A DNA stretch of 64,000 nt, from contig JAJZTG010000001.1 of NCBI GenBank assembly GCA_021849125.1, forward strand, positions 18,392-82,391. The letters are read 5' to 3'. Both the position numbers and the translations under genes were made by a program. Below are positions 53,319-63,261 of the stretch, piece by piece (the stretch's first letter is position 1; every line of letters starts with the position of its first letter). The notes beneath the pieces were generated by a model. The model was not told the DNA's origin. It worked only from the letters and a program-made list of their open reading frames with translations, and made no database searches. This DNA comes from a bacterium (GTDB lineage: Bacteria > Patescibacteriota > Minisyncoccia > Phycocordibacterales > Phycocordibacteraceae).

Positions 53319-54599
53319 CTACGCGATGGCGCGCCATCGTTTCTCCTGGCGGACGAGAAGCCTCACATCGGAAGGGTCGGCCAGAAGCGCTTCGGTGACG
53401 CGTTCGGTACGGACTGATTGCGACCCTTTGATGAGGAAGACATCTCCTTCTCGAACATCATACAGAAGCGCTTCGGCGGCCTGCTTGGCATTGTCGAAGG
53501 CAACAACTGTCCCGACTTCCCTATTCTCGCCAAGGAATGCGCGAGCTCGGATACCGACGGCGATCACGATGTCGGCGGCCTTTCGTGCGAGTGCGCCTAC
53601 GCGCGCATGTTCCTCGACCGAATACCGGCCGAGTTCGAGCATGTCACCCAATACCGCGATGCGACGTTTTGCACCAGGAAACGCTGCGAGGGTCGTAAGC
53701 GCCTGCTCGACCGCGACTGGTGAAGAATTGTAGGAATCATCGATGATGATCGAGCCGTTCTTGCCGCGCAGGAGCCGACCCCGCCCTGCCGGAGGTTCAT
53801 AGGCTTCAAGCGCCTGCAGAGCGTCAGCAGGAGGGATGCCGAAAGCGGTTCCGACAGCGACCGCAGCAGCAGCCGGAAATACCTGCGTCGCTCCAACCGA
53901 TCCGCGCACTGAGAGTTCGTACGATGCATCTTCGATAATAAGCGACGCGCGCATGCCGTCGATACGACCTTCTGACGAACGAATGAAGTCAGGCTCGCCG
54001 ACAGCCACATCAGACTCTTTTGCTCCCCCGTACGTGATGAGGCGAGCAGGCACCCGTTTTGCTGCATCGAGAGCATAAGGATCGTCAGAGGAGACGACGA
54101 GCGGCGCGCCCGGCTCAAGATAGAGCGCGGGAGAGAATTCTTCCGCGCGCACTTCTTCGGGACACGCATAGGCCTCGACATGTACCGGAATCTCCGGGAG
54201 ACGCGTTACGACCACAGCTTCCGGTGTCACCGTACGCAACATCCGTGCCAGATCGCCCGGGCGATCGGCACCCACCTCGAGTACGAGCATGGTCGGATAG
54301 TGGTTTGGGAGAATAAGGAGCGCGAGCGCACGCTTCACGATCGAAAACCACGCAAGAGGATTGGTCCATGGATTTGCTACGCCGAGAATAGTGAAAGGGA
54401 TTCCAAACTCGCTGTTGAAGCTCTTCTCGCTCTTGCGAACAAGGAAGCGCGTAGAAAGCACTGCGGCTACAGCATCCTTGGTCGATGTCTTCCCTACCGA
54501 ACCGGTAATCATGACGATCTTTGGACGATAGCGACGCAGGACACCTCGAGAAAGAAGGGCGAGAGCGGGGACGACAAAAAATCGTAAGAGCTTTTTCAT
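53319..54599 (-). CDS. murF: UDP-N-acetylmuramoyl-tripeptide--D-alanyl-D-alanine ligase
   Basis: ITGSVGKTSTKD (P-loop), Mur ligase middle and C domains; sits 3' of ftsI as in dcw clusters. Confidence 0.88.
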   Translation of the reverse strand: MKKLLRFFVVPALALLSRGVLRRYRPKIVMITGSVGKTSTKDAVAAVLSTRFLVRKSEKSFNSEFGIPFTILGVANPWTNPLAWFSIVKRALALLILPNHYPTMLVLEVGADRPGDLARMLRTVTPEAVVVTRLPEIPVHVEAYACPEEVRAEEFSPALYLEPGAPLVVSSDDPYALDAAKRVPARLITYGGAKESDVAVGEPDFIRSSEGRIDGMRASLIIEDASYELSVRGSVGATQVFPAAAAVAVGTAFGIPPADALQALEAYEPPAGRGRLLRGKNGSIIIDDSYNSSPVAVEQALTTLAAFPGAKRRIAVLGDMLELGRYSVEEHARVGALARKAADIVIAVGIRARAFLGENREVGTVVAFDNAKQAAEALLYDVREGDVFLIKGSQSVRTERVTEALLADPSDVRLLVRQEKRWRAIA

Positions 54600-56332
54600 A
54601 TTGCAGTGGTTGTAGCTACGCCGCGATCGGGCGGCACCTGATAATAGTCGATGAGAAAGTGCACGAGGTCAAGGAAGGTCGGGCCAAGCGTATCGGATGC
54701 ATATGTGACGTGTTGCGGATCGTTCGTATAGAGAAGGATGATGAATCGCGAGTCATACGAGGGAAAGAATCCAATAAAAGAATGGAAGAACCTGTCCTTA
54801 TAGTATCCTCCTTGCCCGTCGGTGAGCTGCGCCGTACCCGTCTTGGCGGCGACCGACATCGTCGGAATGATTGCCTTCCCGTTCTGAAGCTTCTCATCGA
54901 CCATTTCGGTCATCATGACGGTCGTCTCGCGCGCAGCAGCCGCAGAGAAGACCTGCGTCCGCTCACTCCAGTCAAGCTGCCGCACGATGCCCGAGTCAAG
55001 CCGGATGGCGCTCACCAGGTGCGGCTCGACCATCGCACCGCCATTGGCTATCGCGCCGAGCGCACGGATCATCTGGATCGGCGTCACCGCGATGCCTTGC
55101 CCGAACGATGCGGTGTCGTACCCGATCTGTTGCGGCTTCGAAAGGTTGCTTAAAAGCGCATGTCCTTCGCTTGGGAGATCGATTCCCGTCTTCTGTCCGA
55201 AGAGCTTCGTGAAGTAATCGCGGAACTTATCCTGGCCGAGCTCGGTCGCGATCCACGAGGCGCCGACGTTAAGCGACTGCAGGATGATCTCCTTCATAGG
55301 GATGACGCCGCGTGCTTTCAAATCCCAGTTGCAGATCTTCGCTTTGTTTACCGTGATGCAGCCAGTGTCGTTATAGGTAGTGCGGGGAGTTATGACACCC
55401 GCGTCAAGTCCGGCTGTCATGGTGAGAGGCTTCGCGATCGAACCGAATTCATGCACCGATTCGACGAGCGGGTTCCCGAGACGAGACGGGTTGGCATTTG
55501 AGAGATCATTAGGGTCGTAAGAAGGATACGTGGCCATAGCGATGATGGCACCAGTAGCCGGATCCATGATGATCCCTCCCGTCTCTTTGCTTGCGTATTG
55601 CTCACTCACCTTTTTCAGGTCATGTTCGAGCCGCGTCTGCACCTCGGGCTCTATCGTGGTTACGATGGCTCCTTCATGGGAATCCTTCGCATCGACAAGG
55701 AGATTCCCCACGTTTGAGAAAAGCTCCGCAAAGAAATTCTTGTAGAGGGAGTCCTCGCTGCGCGAAAGCGTACCGTCATACATTGCCTCAAGCCCGGTTT
55801 GTCCGATGAGCGTATCGCCCGAACCGTAAGAAACAAGACCTATCGTCTGCGAAGCGAGCGATTTCCCAGGATAGTAGCGCCAACGCTCGCGCAAGACCTG
55901 CACGCCAGGCAGTTCTTGTGCGACAAGCGCCTTCCCCGCTTCATCCGGAACCCGATGCGCGACTTCGACATAGACGAGATGCTTTTTTGCGGCCGCTGTA
56001 AGAAAAGCAGTGCGCGAAATGGTAGTCGACGCCGCAGTAGAAATCGCTTCATACGCAGCCTCGGGGTCAACGAGTGTCTGCGGATTGATAGCGACCAAGA
56101 ATCCTGTCGAGAGCGTCGCTGCTGAAATAAGATCGCCGTCCTTATCGGAAAAATAAACCGCCCCTCGATCAAAAAGCCCCCCGCTACCAGCTGCATATTG
56201 GCGATCGGCCTTCTGCGAATAATCATCGCCATGAACGATCTGTACGAAATAAAGACGCGCGACGATAAGGAGTGCTGCAAGCGCGATGCCTGCAAGAATA
56301 AAACGGATACGAAATCGGAATTGTGCGCGCAT
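54596..56332 (-). CDS. ftsI: penicillin-binding protein, class B transpeptidase (FtsI/PBP3)
   Basis: N-terminal TM, SIAK (SxxK), SLN, AKTGTAQ (KTG); overlaps murF start by 4 nt. Confidence 0.88.
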   Translation of the reverse strand: MRAQFRFRIRFILAGIALAALLIVARLYFVQIVHGDDYSQKADRQYAAGSGGLFDRGAVYFSDKDGDLISAATLSTGFLVAINPQTLVDPEAAYEAISTAASTTISRTAFLTAAAKKHLVYVEVAHRVPDEAGKALVAQELPGVQVLRERWRYYPGKSLASQTIGLVSYGSGDTLIGQTGLEAMYDGTLSRSEDSLYKNFFAELFSNVGNLLVDAKDSHEGAIVTTIEPEVQTRLEHDLKKVSEQYASKETGGIIMDPATGAIIAMATYPSYDPNDLSNANPSRLGNPLVESVHEFGSIAKPLTMTAGLDAGVITPRTTYNDTGCITVNKAKICNWDLKARGVIPMKEIILQSLNVGASWIATELGQDKFRDYFTKLFGQKTGIDLPSEGHALLSNLSKPQQIGYDTASFGQGIAVTPIQMIRALGAIANGGAMVEPHLVSAIRLDSGIVRQLDWSERTQVFSAAAARETTVMMTEMVDEKLQNGKAIIPTMSVAAKTGTAQLTDGQGGYYKDRFFHSFIGFFPSYDSRFIILLYTNDPQHVTYASDTLGPTFLDLVHFLIDYYQVPPDRGVATTTAI

Positions 56333-56457
56333 CCCGTTAGAAATAGAGCGCGAACGCGCTAATCGCGCCGTACTCTATCCGATTAGCAGTGCCTGCGCCG
56401 ATCGTGCTAAGTAAATCCTGCATATTGTGTTCGTGATTCCTAACGGGACGCATACGG

Positions 56458-56754
56458 CTAACGCAAAGCAGTGAAGCTTTGTGTGGCGGGAACGAAGATC
56501 TTAGCGATTGGAGCTGCGTATCCGATGGCGTGATAATCAACGCTCTCGATATGCGCGACGGTCGCCAGATATCGTGATTCGAGCGTCGCGAGCGATGCCT
56601 CATCGTTTTTCACCGACTGCGTGAATTCGACCGTGAGTGCGGCATAGCTCATTACTACGGCGATGAGACCGATATACACGACAGCGAGAACGGCAACTAC
56701 GCCGAGACAAAGCGAGATGGGTGAAAACGGAAGACGAAGAGCGAGGCTAGGCAT
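56458..56754 (-). CDS. ftsL: cell division protein FtsL-like
   Basis: 98-aa bitopic protein (TM LGVVAVLAVVYIGLIAVVMSY then a short coiled coil) located between rsmH and ftsI. Confidence 0.6.
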   Translation of the reverse strand: MPSLALRLPFSPISLCLGVVAVLAVVYIGLIAVVMSYAALTVEFTQSVKNDEASLATLESRYLATVAHIESVDYHAIGYAAPIAKIFVPATQSFTALR

Positions 56755-57706
56755 AGGAAGGCATGGTTGAACGGTGCACGCTGGTAAAAAGACCCTGGAT
56801 CATAGGCACGGCGTTCCGTTCGAACACGCGAAGCTTCGCGCTTCGCGCACGGCGGTTTACGAGGATTTCTTCGCGCGTCGGCACGACCGGCTTTTTCGAA
56901 ACGAGCGTCCCGAGACCTCCCTCAACCGCTTCACGGAGCATCATCTTTACGACGCGGTCCTCGATGCTATGGAAAGAAATGATCGCTACTCGTCCTTGCG
57001 GCGCGAGCGCATGGATCGCTGCGGCAAGACCCTCACGCAAGCTGCCGATCTCATCGTTGACCGCGATGCGGAGGGCCTGGAAGGTCTTGGTCGCCGGATG
57101 GATCTTCCGTTCCTGATACCACCGCGGCGTTCCCGCCTTCACGGCAGCGACCAAAGCGCCGGTCGTAAGGATCCGCTCTTTCGCGCGCGCGGCAACGATA
57201 GCGCGCGCGATGCCTCGCGAGAAATGCTCCTCGCCATACACGTAGAGGATGTCCGCGAGCTCTTCTTCCGAGGAAGCGTTGACGATATCTGCTGCCGTCT
57301 CCCCTCCTTCGCTATAGGTCATGAGAAGCGGTTCATCATTCTGGAACGAGAAGCCGCGCGGCGAAGCGATCTGGTAACCGCTCCAACCGAGATCGAAAAG
57401 CGCCTTATCGATCGTGCCGATACCGAGACGCTCAAGGATGTGTGCGAGGTTACGGAAATTGTCGTTGACGATATGCCCCACCGGACGATCAGCCCTGCGG
57501 TCGAGCGCATACGCTTCGCGACCGCGTTCGACCGCTGCAGGATCGGCATCGATACCGATCATGACCCCGTCTTTCCCGAGAAGCGCAAGAAGGCTCCCGA
57601 AATGCCCTGCCCCGCCGATGGTCGCGTCGACGACGACATTGCTCTTCTGCACGTCGAGCGCTTCGAGGACTTCGTTTGCAAGCACGCTGTCATGTCGAGC
57701 TTCCAT
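56747..57706 (-). CDS. rsmH: 16S rRNA (cytosine1402-N4)-methyltransferase RsmH (MraW)
   Basis: HDSVLANEVLEAL...VVDATIGGAGHF...GIDADP, SAM-binding and RsmH signature. Confidence 0.9.
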   Translation of the reverse strand: MEARHDSVLANEVLEALDVQKSNVVVDATIGGAGHFGSLLALLGKDGVMIGIDADPAAVERGREAYALDRRADRPVGHIVNDNFRNLAHILERLGIGTIDKALFDLGWSGYQIASPRGFSFQNDEPLLMTYSEGGETAADIVNASSEEELADILYVYGEEHFSRGIARAIVAARAKERILTTGALVAAVKAGTPRWYQERKIHPATKTFQALRIAVNDEIGSLREGLAAAIHALAPQGRVAIISFHSIEDRVVKMMLREAVEGGLGTLVSKKPVVPTREEILVNRRARSAKLRVFERNAVPMIQGLFTSVHRSTMPSYA

Positions 57707-57709
57707 ACG

Positions 57710-58141
57710 CTATTTGGCCGGACTGCCGAGCTCTTCGACATACCGATCGGCATCACGCTCGATCGCGGTCGTATAAGACTTCCAGGCATTCTCCTCCCAG
57801 ATCTCGACCCGGTCCGCCACACCAGCGACGACCGCCTTGTCGGAGAGCGAGGCGAACGCTTTCAGGTTTTCGGGAACCAACACCCGACCGGCCTTATCGA
57901 CTTCGGCCTCGAACGAACCCGCCAAGAAGAGACGCGCGAGACCGCGACGTGTCGCGATCCCATTGATATCAGCCGCATAACTCTGCGCTTCTTTCTCCCA
58001 TGCCTTCTTCGAATACAGATAGAGACAATGATCGAGGCCGCGCGTCACGACGACGACACGGCCGAGCTCTTTCCGGAATTTTGCCGGTACCGATATGCGA
58101 TTCTTCGCGTCAAAGGTGTGTAGGTATTCTCCGAGAAACAT
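57710..58141 (-). CDS. mraZ: transcriptional regulator MraZ
   Basis: MFLGEYLHTFDAKNRISVPAKFRKEL duplicated MraZ domains. Start at the MFLG Met (58141), not the 58201 ORF-track start. Confidence 0.88.
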   Translation of the reverse strand: MFLGEYLHTFDAKNRISVPAKFRKELGRVVVVTRGLDHCLYLYSKKAWEKEAQSYAADINGIATRRGLARLFLAGSFEAEVDKAGRVLVPENLKAFASLSDKAVVAGVADRVEIWEENAWKSYTTAIERDADRYVEELGSPAK

Positions 58142-58247
58142 GGCGGGGCGGCGGACAACGCGGGACGGGCCACCACTCCCGTATCCCACTCTGTTCACCA
58201 TAATGATGATTATATCCCACCCCGCCCCACCTCCCTATTTCGGTTAT

Positions 58248-58297
58248 CCACACAAAGGAAAACGGCGCGAGCTTCTGGCTCGCGCCGTTTTCCTTTG
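58248..58297. terminator. 22-bp perfect hairpin terminator between lysS and the mraZ promoter region
   Basis: cacaaaggaaaacggcgcgagc ttct ggctcgcgccgttttcctttgtg. Confidence 0.7.
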
Positions 58298-58305
58298 TGT
58301 TTCGC

Positions 58306-59757
58306 CTATCGCGGCCGCATGAGCGGGAACGCCTGTGCCTCGCGCACGGAAACCCCCTCTAGGAAGCTGAAAAGTCGCTCGGAAACGCCAAAGCCGAAGG
58401 CGGGCGGCATACCGTACTCAAGAGCCTCGACGAACTCGGCGTCCGGCATCTGAGCCTCCTCATCCCCTGCCGCACGAAGCTCGCCCTGGCGCTTGAAACG
58501 CTCAGCTTGATCAAGCGGATCGTTGAGTTCGCTGAAGCCTTTGCCGATCTCGCTCCCGGCAAGCATTACCTGGAAGCGCTCGACGACACGCGGGTCCTTA
58601 TCACTCTTCTTAGCGAGCGGCTCCATGTAGACTGGCACGTTCACCAGGAATCCTGGGCCGGAGAGCGTCTTGCGAACCTGCTTCCAGGCGATGTCGACCA
58701 GACGCTCGAGTCCTGCACCAGCATCAAACGAGATGCCGCGCTCCGTAAGCACCGACTCCCAATCCGCGTTGTCATCAAGCGGATCGAGTCCGTACTCCTG
58801 CTTCATGAGCTCGCAGAAATCGTAGCGCTGCCAGTCCTGATCGAGATCGATCTCGAACCCCTTAATGGAAAAGACCCGCGTACCGTAGACTTCGTCAGCA
58901 ATCGTGCGATAGAGGTCGGTGATCATCGTCATCCCTTCTTCGTAATCCTTGAACGCCTCGTAGAATTCCACCTGCGTGTAGTCCTGCGCGTGCTCGGCGG
59001 ACATGCCTTCGTTACGGAAGATACGGCCGATCTCGAATACTTTCGGGAGCCCAGCGACGAGGAGGCGCTTCTGCCAGAGCTCGCCAGCGCTGATGCGTAG
59101 GTACACGTCCATGTCGAGCGCATTGTGATGCGTCACGAACGGGCGCGCTTCTGCACCGCCTGTGGTCGTCTCGAGCACCGGCGTCTCTACTTCAACGAAA
59201 TGACGATTGAGCAGGTAGGTGCGGATCGTGTTCCAGAACTTCGAGCGCCGCATAAGGCGTTCGGCGAGTTCTTTGGTGAGGATGATATCGAGATAACGCT
59301 TCCGATAGCGCTCGTCCTCGTCTTTGATACCGAACCACTCGTCAGGGAGCGGCCGGAGCGATTTCGCGAGCATGCGCCAGCTATGACCTTCAAGCGACGG
59401 CATGCCGCGTTTGGTCGTGAATGCGATACCTTTCATCTCGATGATGTCACCAGCATCAACGGTCGACACGAAAAGATCGTACGATTCCTCGCCGAGCTTG
59501 TCCTTCTGGAGATAGCACTGTCCTTTCATACCATCAAAAAGATCGACGAAAAGCGAGCCGCCGTGCTCACGCATGCTTATGACACGGCCGGCAAGGACGA
59601 CTTCCTCACCGCTCGCGACAAATGCCGCATGATTGGCAAGGAATGCCTCGATGGCGTGCGTACGGTGCGTCCGGGCCGGATACGCTTCCATGCCGGAAGC
59701 CTTAAGACGCTCAATCTTCGCGAGCCGTTCGGTTCGCACAGTTTCAAGCAAAGCCAT
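58306..59757 (-). CDS. lysS: lysyl-tRNA synthetase, class II
   Basis: N-terminal OB domain and class II motifs 1-3 (FRNEG, GLERL and related); 483 aa. Confidence 0.92.
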   Translation of the reverse strand: MALLETVRTERLAKIERLKASGMEAYPARTHRTHAIEAFLANHAAFVASGEEVVLAGRVISMREHGGSLFVDLFDGMKGQCYLQKDKLGEESYDLFVSTVDAGDIIEMKGIAFTTKRGMPSLEGHSWRMLAKSLRPLPDEWFGIKDEDERYRKRYLDIILTKELAERLMRRSKFWNTIRTYLLNRHFVEVETPVLETTTGGAEARPFVTHHNALDMDVYLRISAGELWQKRLLVAGLPKVFEIGRIFRNEGMSAEHAQDYTQVEFYEAFKDYEEGMTMITDLYRTIADEVYGTRVFSIKGFEIDLDQDWQRYDFCELMKQEYGLDPLDDNADWESVLTERGISFDAGAGLERLVDIAWKQVRKTLSGPGFLVNVPVYMEPLAKKSDKDPRVVERFQVMLAGSEIGKGFSELNDPLDQAERFKRQGELRAAGDEEAQMPDAEFVEALEYGMPPAFGFGVSERLFSFLEGVSVREAQAFPLMRPR

Positions 59758-59789
59758 GGCTACAACTATACACTATGAAAACAAGACCC

Positions 59790-59945
59790 TTACTCTCCTC
59801 CCTTCTTGTCTTGCTTGATGGCGGCCATGTACCCATGCAGAATCCTGAGATTACGTTCCACTTCACGCATCTCTTCCTTGCTCATACCCTCATATATGGA
59901 TGCGGCTGTTTCGTCTATAGCTGCCTGAACGAGCTTCTCGTCCAT
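59790..59945 (-). CDS. small acidic/helical hypothetical protein (51 aa)
   Basis: MDEKLVQAAIDETAASIYEGMSKEEMREVERNLRILHGYMAAIKQDKKGGE; co-directional with greA and lysS. The plus-strand ORF-track entry 59775-59999 is judged antisense noise. Confidence 0.3.
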   Translation of the reverse strand: MDEKLVQAAIDETAASIYEGMSKEEMREVERNLRILHGYMAAIKQDKKGGE

Positions 59946-59978
59946 ATGGGGGGCATCCTTTCAAAAGACATACGGTTA

Positions 59979-60452
59979 TTAGGCAACCTTTTCGATTGAA
60001 TACACCTGCTTGCCAGAGGGCGTTTCGAAAGTGAAGACATCACCCTTCTTCTTCCCCATGAGGGCAGCGCCGAGCGGTGAGACATGCGAGATCTTCTTTA
60101 CACGCATGTCCGCCTCTTCGCTGCCGACGATCGTATACTCGTGGATGTCGCTACTGCCTTCTTTCTTGATCGATACCTTCGATCCGAAACTGATCTCATC
60201 TTTCTTTTTGCCGTCCTGCATGATCTTCGTGTGCTTCACGAGATCTTCCAATTTCTTGATACGTTCCTCGGTTGCGGCCTGCAGGTCGCGAGCCTCCTGA
60301 TATTCTGCGTTTTCTGAAAGGTCGCCGAGCGAACGGGCATACTCAAGGCTCTTAGCGATCTCCGTGCGGCGGACCGTCTTCAAATGCTCGAGCTCTTTGA
60401 TCATCTCGTCGAATTTCTCCTGCGAAACGATGATTTCAGGGATGTCCGTCAT
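59979..60452 (-). CDS. greA: transcription elongation factor GreA
   Basis: N-terminal coiled coil with conserved D41/E44-equivalents (SLGDLSENAEYQEARD...) and a C-terminal FKBP-like domain. Confidence 0.92.
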   Translation of the reverse strand: MTDIPEIIVSQEKFDEMIKELEHLKTVRRTEIAKSLEYARSLGDLSENAEYQEARDLQAATEERIKKLEDLVKHTKIMQDGKKKDEISFGSKVSIKKEGSSDIHEYTIVGSEEADMRVKKISHVSPLGAALMGKKKGDVFTFETPSGKQVYSIEKVA

Positions 60453-60512
60453 GGTCGAATGTGCTATGTGGTTGCTATTGTACGTGACCCAGGCTGGAGC
60501 GCAATAGCGAAT

Positions 60513-62183
60513 CTAGGGGATGCCGACGTACGAGGAATCCTCGGCATGGAGCGCTTCAAAAAGATTCCGCATCACATTCACCGCTTGCGATCCGGTGCCG
60601 CCAGGACCGCGTTCCAGCACTACCACAAACGCATAGCGCGGATGTTCGTACGGGAAGAAGCCAACCACCCATGAGTTATCGTATTCGTTCCGGACGCCCG
60701 TCTGTGCGGTACCGGTTTTCGCGGCCGCCTGCACATAGGGCAAATTGATCGCTTGCGCAAGCGCCTCGGTAACCGTCTCTCGCATCCCCTCTCTCACGAC
60801 AGTGAGAGCAGCCGAATCGACCGGCACGCGGGTGAACTCTGGCGTTGCGTCCGCGACGACGGTGGGCGTAAGCAGTTTTCCGCCATTCGCGACTGCTGCC
60901 GTCGCGCGCACCATCTGAATCGGCGTTACCTGCACCGAATACTGACCGATCGAACTGAAGTATGTATCACCTAGGTACCAGGGTTCGTTGAACACCGCTT
61001 TTTTCCATTCTGGGTTCGGGATATTACCACTCGCCTCACCAGGAAGCCCGATACCCGTAGTCGTTCCGAGACCGAATTGGCGATACCAGTACTCGAGACG
61101 GTCGATACCGAGCCCCTTTTGCGCCCGATACCCACCGCCTACCGAATAGAAGAACACATCAGACGACCAAGCGATTGCCTTCCGTACGTCTACCGGCCCA
61201 AGAGCCTTCCATCCCTTATAGACGAAATTTTTCCCGGGATGGTACGGATCAGGGAGCGAGACGAAGCCCGGATCGTTGATTACGGTATTGGGCGTGATAA
61301 TCCCGTCGGTGAGAGCCCCCGAGGCGACGAGAGGCTTCACGATAGAGCCAGGTGCATACACACCCTGAATCGCATGGTCGAGAAACGGATGCCCGGGATC
61401 TCGGTTGTACGAAGCAATGGTTGCCGACGGGCCCCCACTCGACATCACATTCGAATCGTAACTTGGATACGAAACAATCGCGTGGATAGCGCCCGTTTGA
61501 GCATCCATGATTATTCCGCTGCCCGCGATGAACTGTTTCGCTTGTACGATATTCTCAATAGCTTCAGCAAAATGTCGCTGCAAGTCGGCATCGATCGAGA
61601 GTGCGAGCGTCTTCCCCTCCACTGCCGGTACGATCGTACCAGAGGAACGCACTTGCCCACGCACGTCGGTCTCCGTGAGCATCTTTCCGTTCTTTCCGGT
61701 GAGGAGGTCGTTGTACCGTGCCTCAAGCCCCGCTACGCCACGCTCGACCGTCTCATAGTAGACGCCGTTCGCATCTTTCCTCGGGTAAGAGACATATCCG
61801 AGAACGTGACTCAAGGAAGGGAGCGGATAATGTCGCTCGAGGGTGCCATCATCATTGCGGATATTCTCGGCAAGCACTACGCCATGGATATCGACGATAG
61901 TCCCGCGCGGCGCAAAGAGTGTCACTGCATCGAGACTGTTGTGTGCGCTTTGGACCGCATACTCCTCTCCGTGTGATATCTGTATGTACCAAGCTCGACA
62001 AAGAAGGATGAAGAAAAGGAGAGCGAGCACAGATCCCATAAGGACAAAAGAGGAGTCTGGAAGAGGCTTTTCGATGCGACCCTCAAATCGCATCCGGTTG
62101 ACTTCAAGCGTATTCGACGAATCAAGAAATATCTCATCAGGTGCGATCTCCGGATTACGTCGCTTTCTACCCCACCACTTCAT
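60513..62183 (-). CDS. mrdA: penicillin-binding protein 2 (class B, elongasome)
   Basis: N-terminal TM, SIVKPL (SxxK), SSD, AKTGTAQ; immediately downstream of mreBCD. Confidence 0.88.
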   Translation of the reverse strand: MKWWGRKRRNPEIAPDEIFLDSSNTLEVNRMRFEGRIEKPLPDSSFVLMGSVLALLFFILLCRAWYIQISHGEEYAVQSAHNSLDAVTLFAPRGTIVDIHGVVLAENIRNDDGTLERHYPLPSLSHVLGYVSYPRKDANGVYYETVERGVAGLEARYNDLLTGKNGKMLTETDVRGQVRSSGTIVPAVEGKTLALSIDADLQRHFAEAIENIVQAKQFIAGSGIIMDAQTGAIHAIVSYPSYDSNVMSSGGPSATIASYNRDPGHPFLDHAIQGVYAPGSIVKPLVASGALTDGIITPNTVINDPGFVSLPDPYHPGKNFVYKGWKALGPVDVRKAIAWSSDVFFYSVGGGYRAQKGLGIDRLEYWYRQFGLGTTTGIGLPGEASGNIPNPEWKKAVFNEPWYLGDTYFSSIGQYSVQVTPIQMVRATAAVANGGKLLTPTVVADATPEFTRVPVDSAALTVVREGMRETVTEALAQAINLPYVQAAAKTGTAQTGVRNEYDNSWVVGFFPYEHPRYAFVVVLERGPGGTGSQAVNVMRNLFEALHAEDSSYVGIP

Positions 62184-62431
62184 TCTCCGATGATACCCGT
62201 CTTAAGCTGACTGCGCACGAGCAGGATGCTCACCGTCACAAGCGCGCCAAGTCCCGTAAAGAACGGCATGCCCGCATGCTGCGGGTAATAGAACACGTCT
62301 GCCGCGACCCCAACGACAAGGGGCACGAAGGGTTCGAAAGGAGCGGCAATGAGGACGATAAGGACGGTAAGCGGCCAGGGGAAAGCGATGATCGAGACGA
62401 GAGCCAGGAGCGTAAGGGCTTTCGGGATCAT
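62180..62431 (-). CDS. mreD: rod shape-determining protein MreD-like
   Basis: 83-aa 3-TM protein between mreC and mrdA; overlaps both neighbours by 4 nt. Confidence 0.55.
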   Translation of the reverse strand: MIPKALTLLALVSIIAFPWPLTVLIVLIAAPFEPFVPLVVGVAADVFYYPQHAGMPFFTGLGALVTVSILLVRSQLKTGIIGE

Positions 62432-63261
62432 AGCGGGAGCGTCGAGGTCGCGAAGACCGTAGGGACCGCTCCCGTAGCGCGCACGACGATCCAGGAAAGT
62501 CCGTAAAAATTCGCTGCGGGCCTGATGCGCAACTTCACTTGAGGCGAAAGAGGGTCACTGTCGAGACGCACCACGCTTCCGACCGGAAGCATACCCGGCC
62601 CCGGTACGAACACTGCGTCTCCGACGGATACGTTTGCATCACGCACGGTCGAAGCTTCCATGACACCTCCACCAACGCCCGTGATCGTGATCGGTGTATT
62701 CGTATTCCCTACCCAACCCTCGGTAGCCACGCCCGAGGTGGAAAAAAGGGTCACATAGGACACGTTCTTCAATACCGATGTCACGATGCCTATCGGTGTG
62801 TTCCTTTCGCCGAACGCTTCCATCCCGACGATCACGCCATCCTCCTCTCCGGCTGCGATGACCAGCACATCGTATGGACTTTCAGGAGGACGCGCGATTA
62901 CGCCCGCCAGCAGACCAGGTATCGTTTCCTTCGTCTCATGGACCGAAAGGAGCGCCGTAACATTCTTAAGCTTCTGCGTGAGCATCTGGTTCTGGCTCGC
63001 AAGCGCATGGTTCTCATCCTCAAGCTGCGCGTTTTCTTGCGCAAGCGCCGCAGTGTCACGAAAACCGTCGAAAAAAGCGTCTGTCTTGGTTGAAAAGATA
63101 TGCGATACGCCGAAAACAGGCGTAAAGAGTTTCCAAAAGGCGTTGGGGGCAAGTACGCGGAGAAAAAGCAGCGAGCAGACGAGGAGGATAAGAAAAATAC
63201 CCCACGAAACGCCCTTGGTCGTGAGGAGCGCGTTACGCTTCGCTAAGAATGTCCTCCTCAT
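62428..63261 (-). CDS. mreC: rod shape-determining protein MreC
   Basis: N-terminal TM, coiled coil (LAQENAQLEDENHALASQNQ), beta-rich C-domain. Confidence 0.85.
   Translation of the reverse strand: MRRTFLAKRNALLTTKGVSWGIFLILLVCSLLFLRVLAPNAFWKLFTPVFGVSHIFSTKTDAFFDGFRDTAALAQENAQLEDENHALASQNQMLTQKLKNVTALLSVHETKETIPGLLAGVIARPPESPYDVLVIAAGEEDGVIVGMEAFGERNTPIGIVTSVLKNVSYVTLFSTSGVATEGWVGNTNTPITITGVGGGVMEASTVRDANVSVGDAVFVPGPGMLPVGSVVRLDSDPLSPQVKLRIRPAANFYGLSWIVVRATGAVPTVFATSTLPL

Noticed and set aside
59775-59999. Plus-strand 74-aa ORF between lysS and greA
   Set aside because: Hydrophobic, Cys/His-rich nonsense running opposite to both neighbours; a minus-strand 51-aa ORF in the same interval is more protein-like, though still low confidence.
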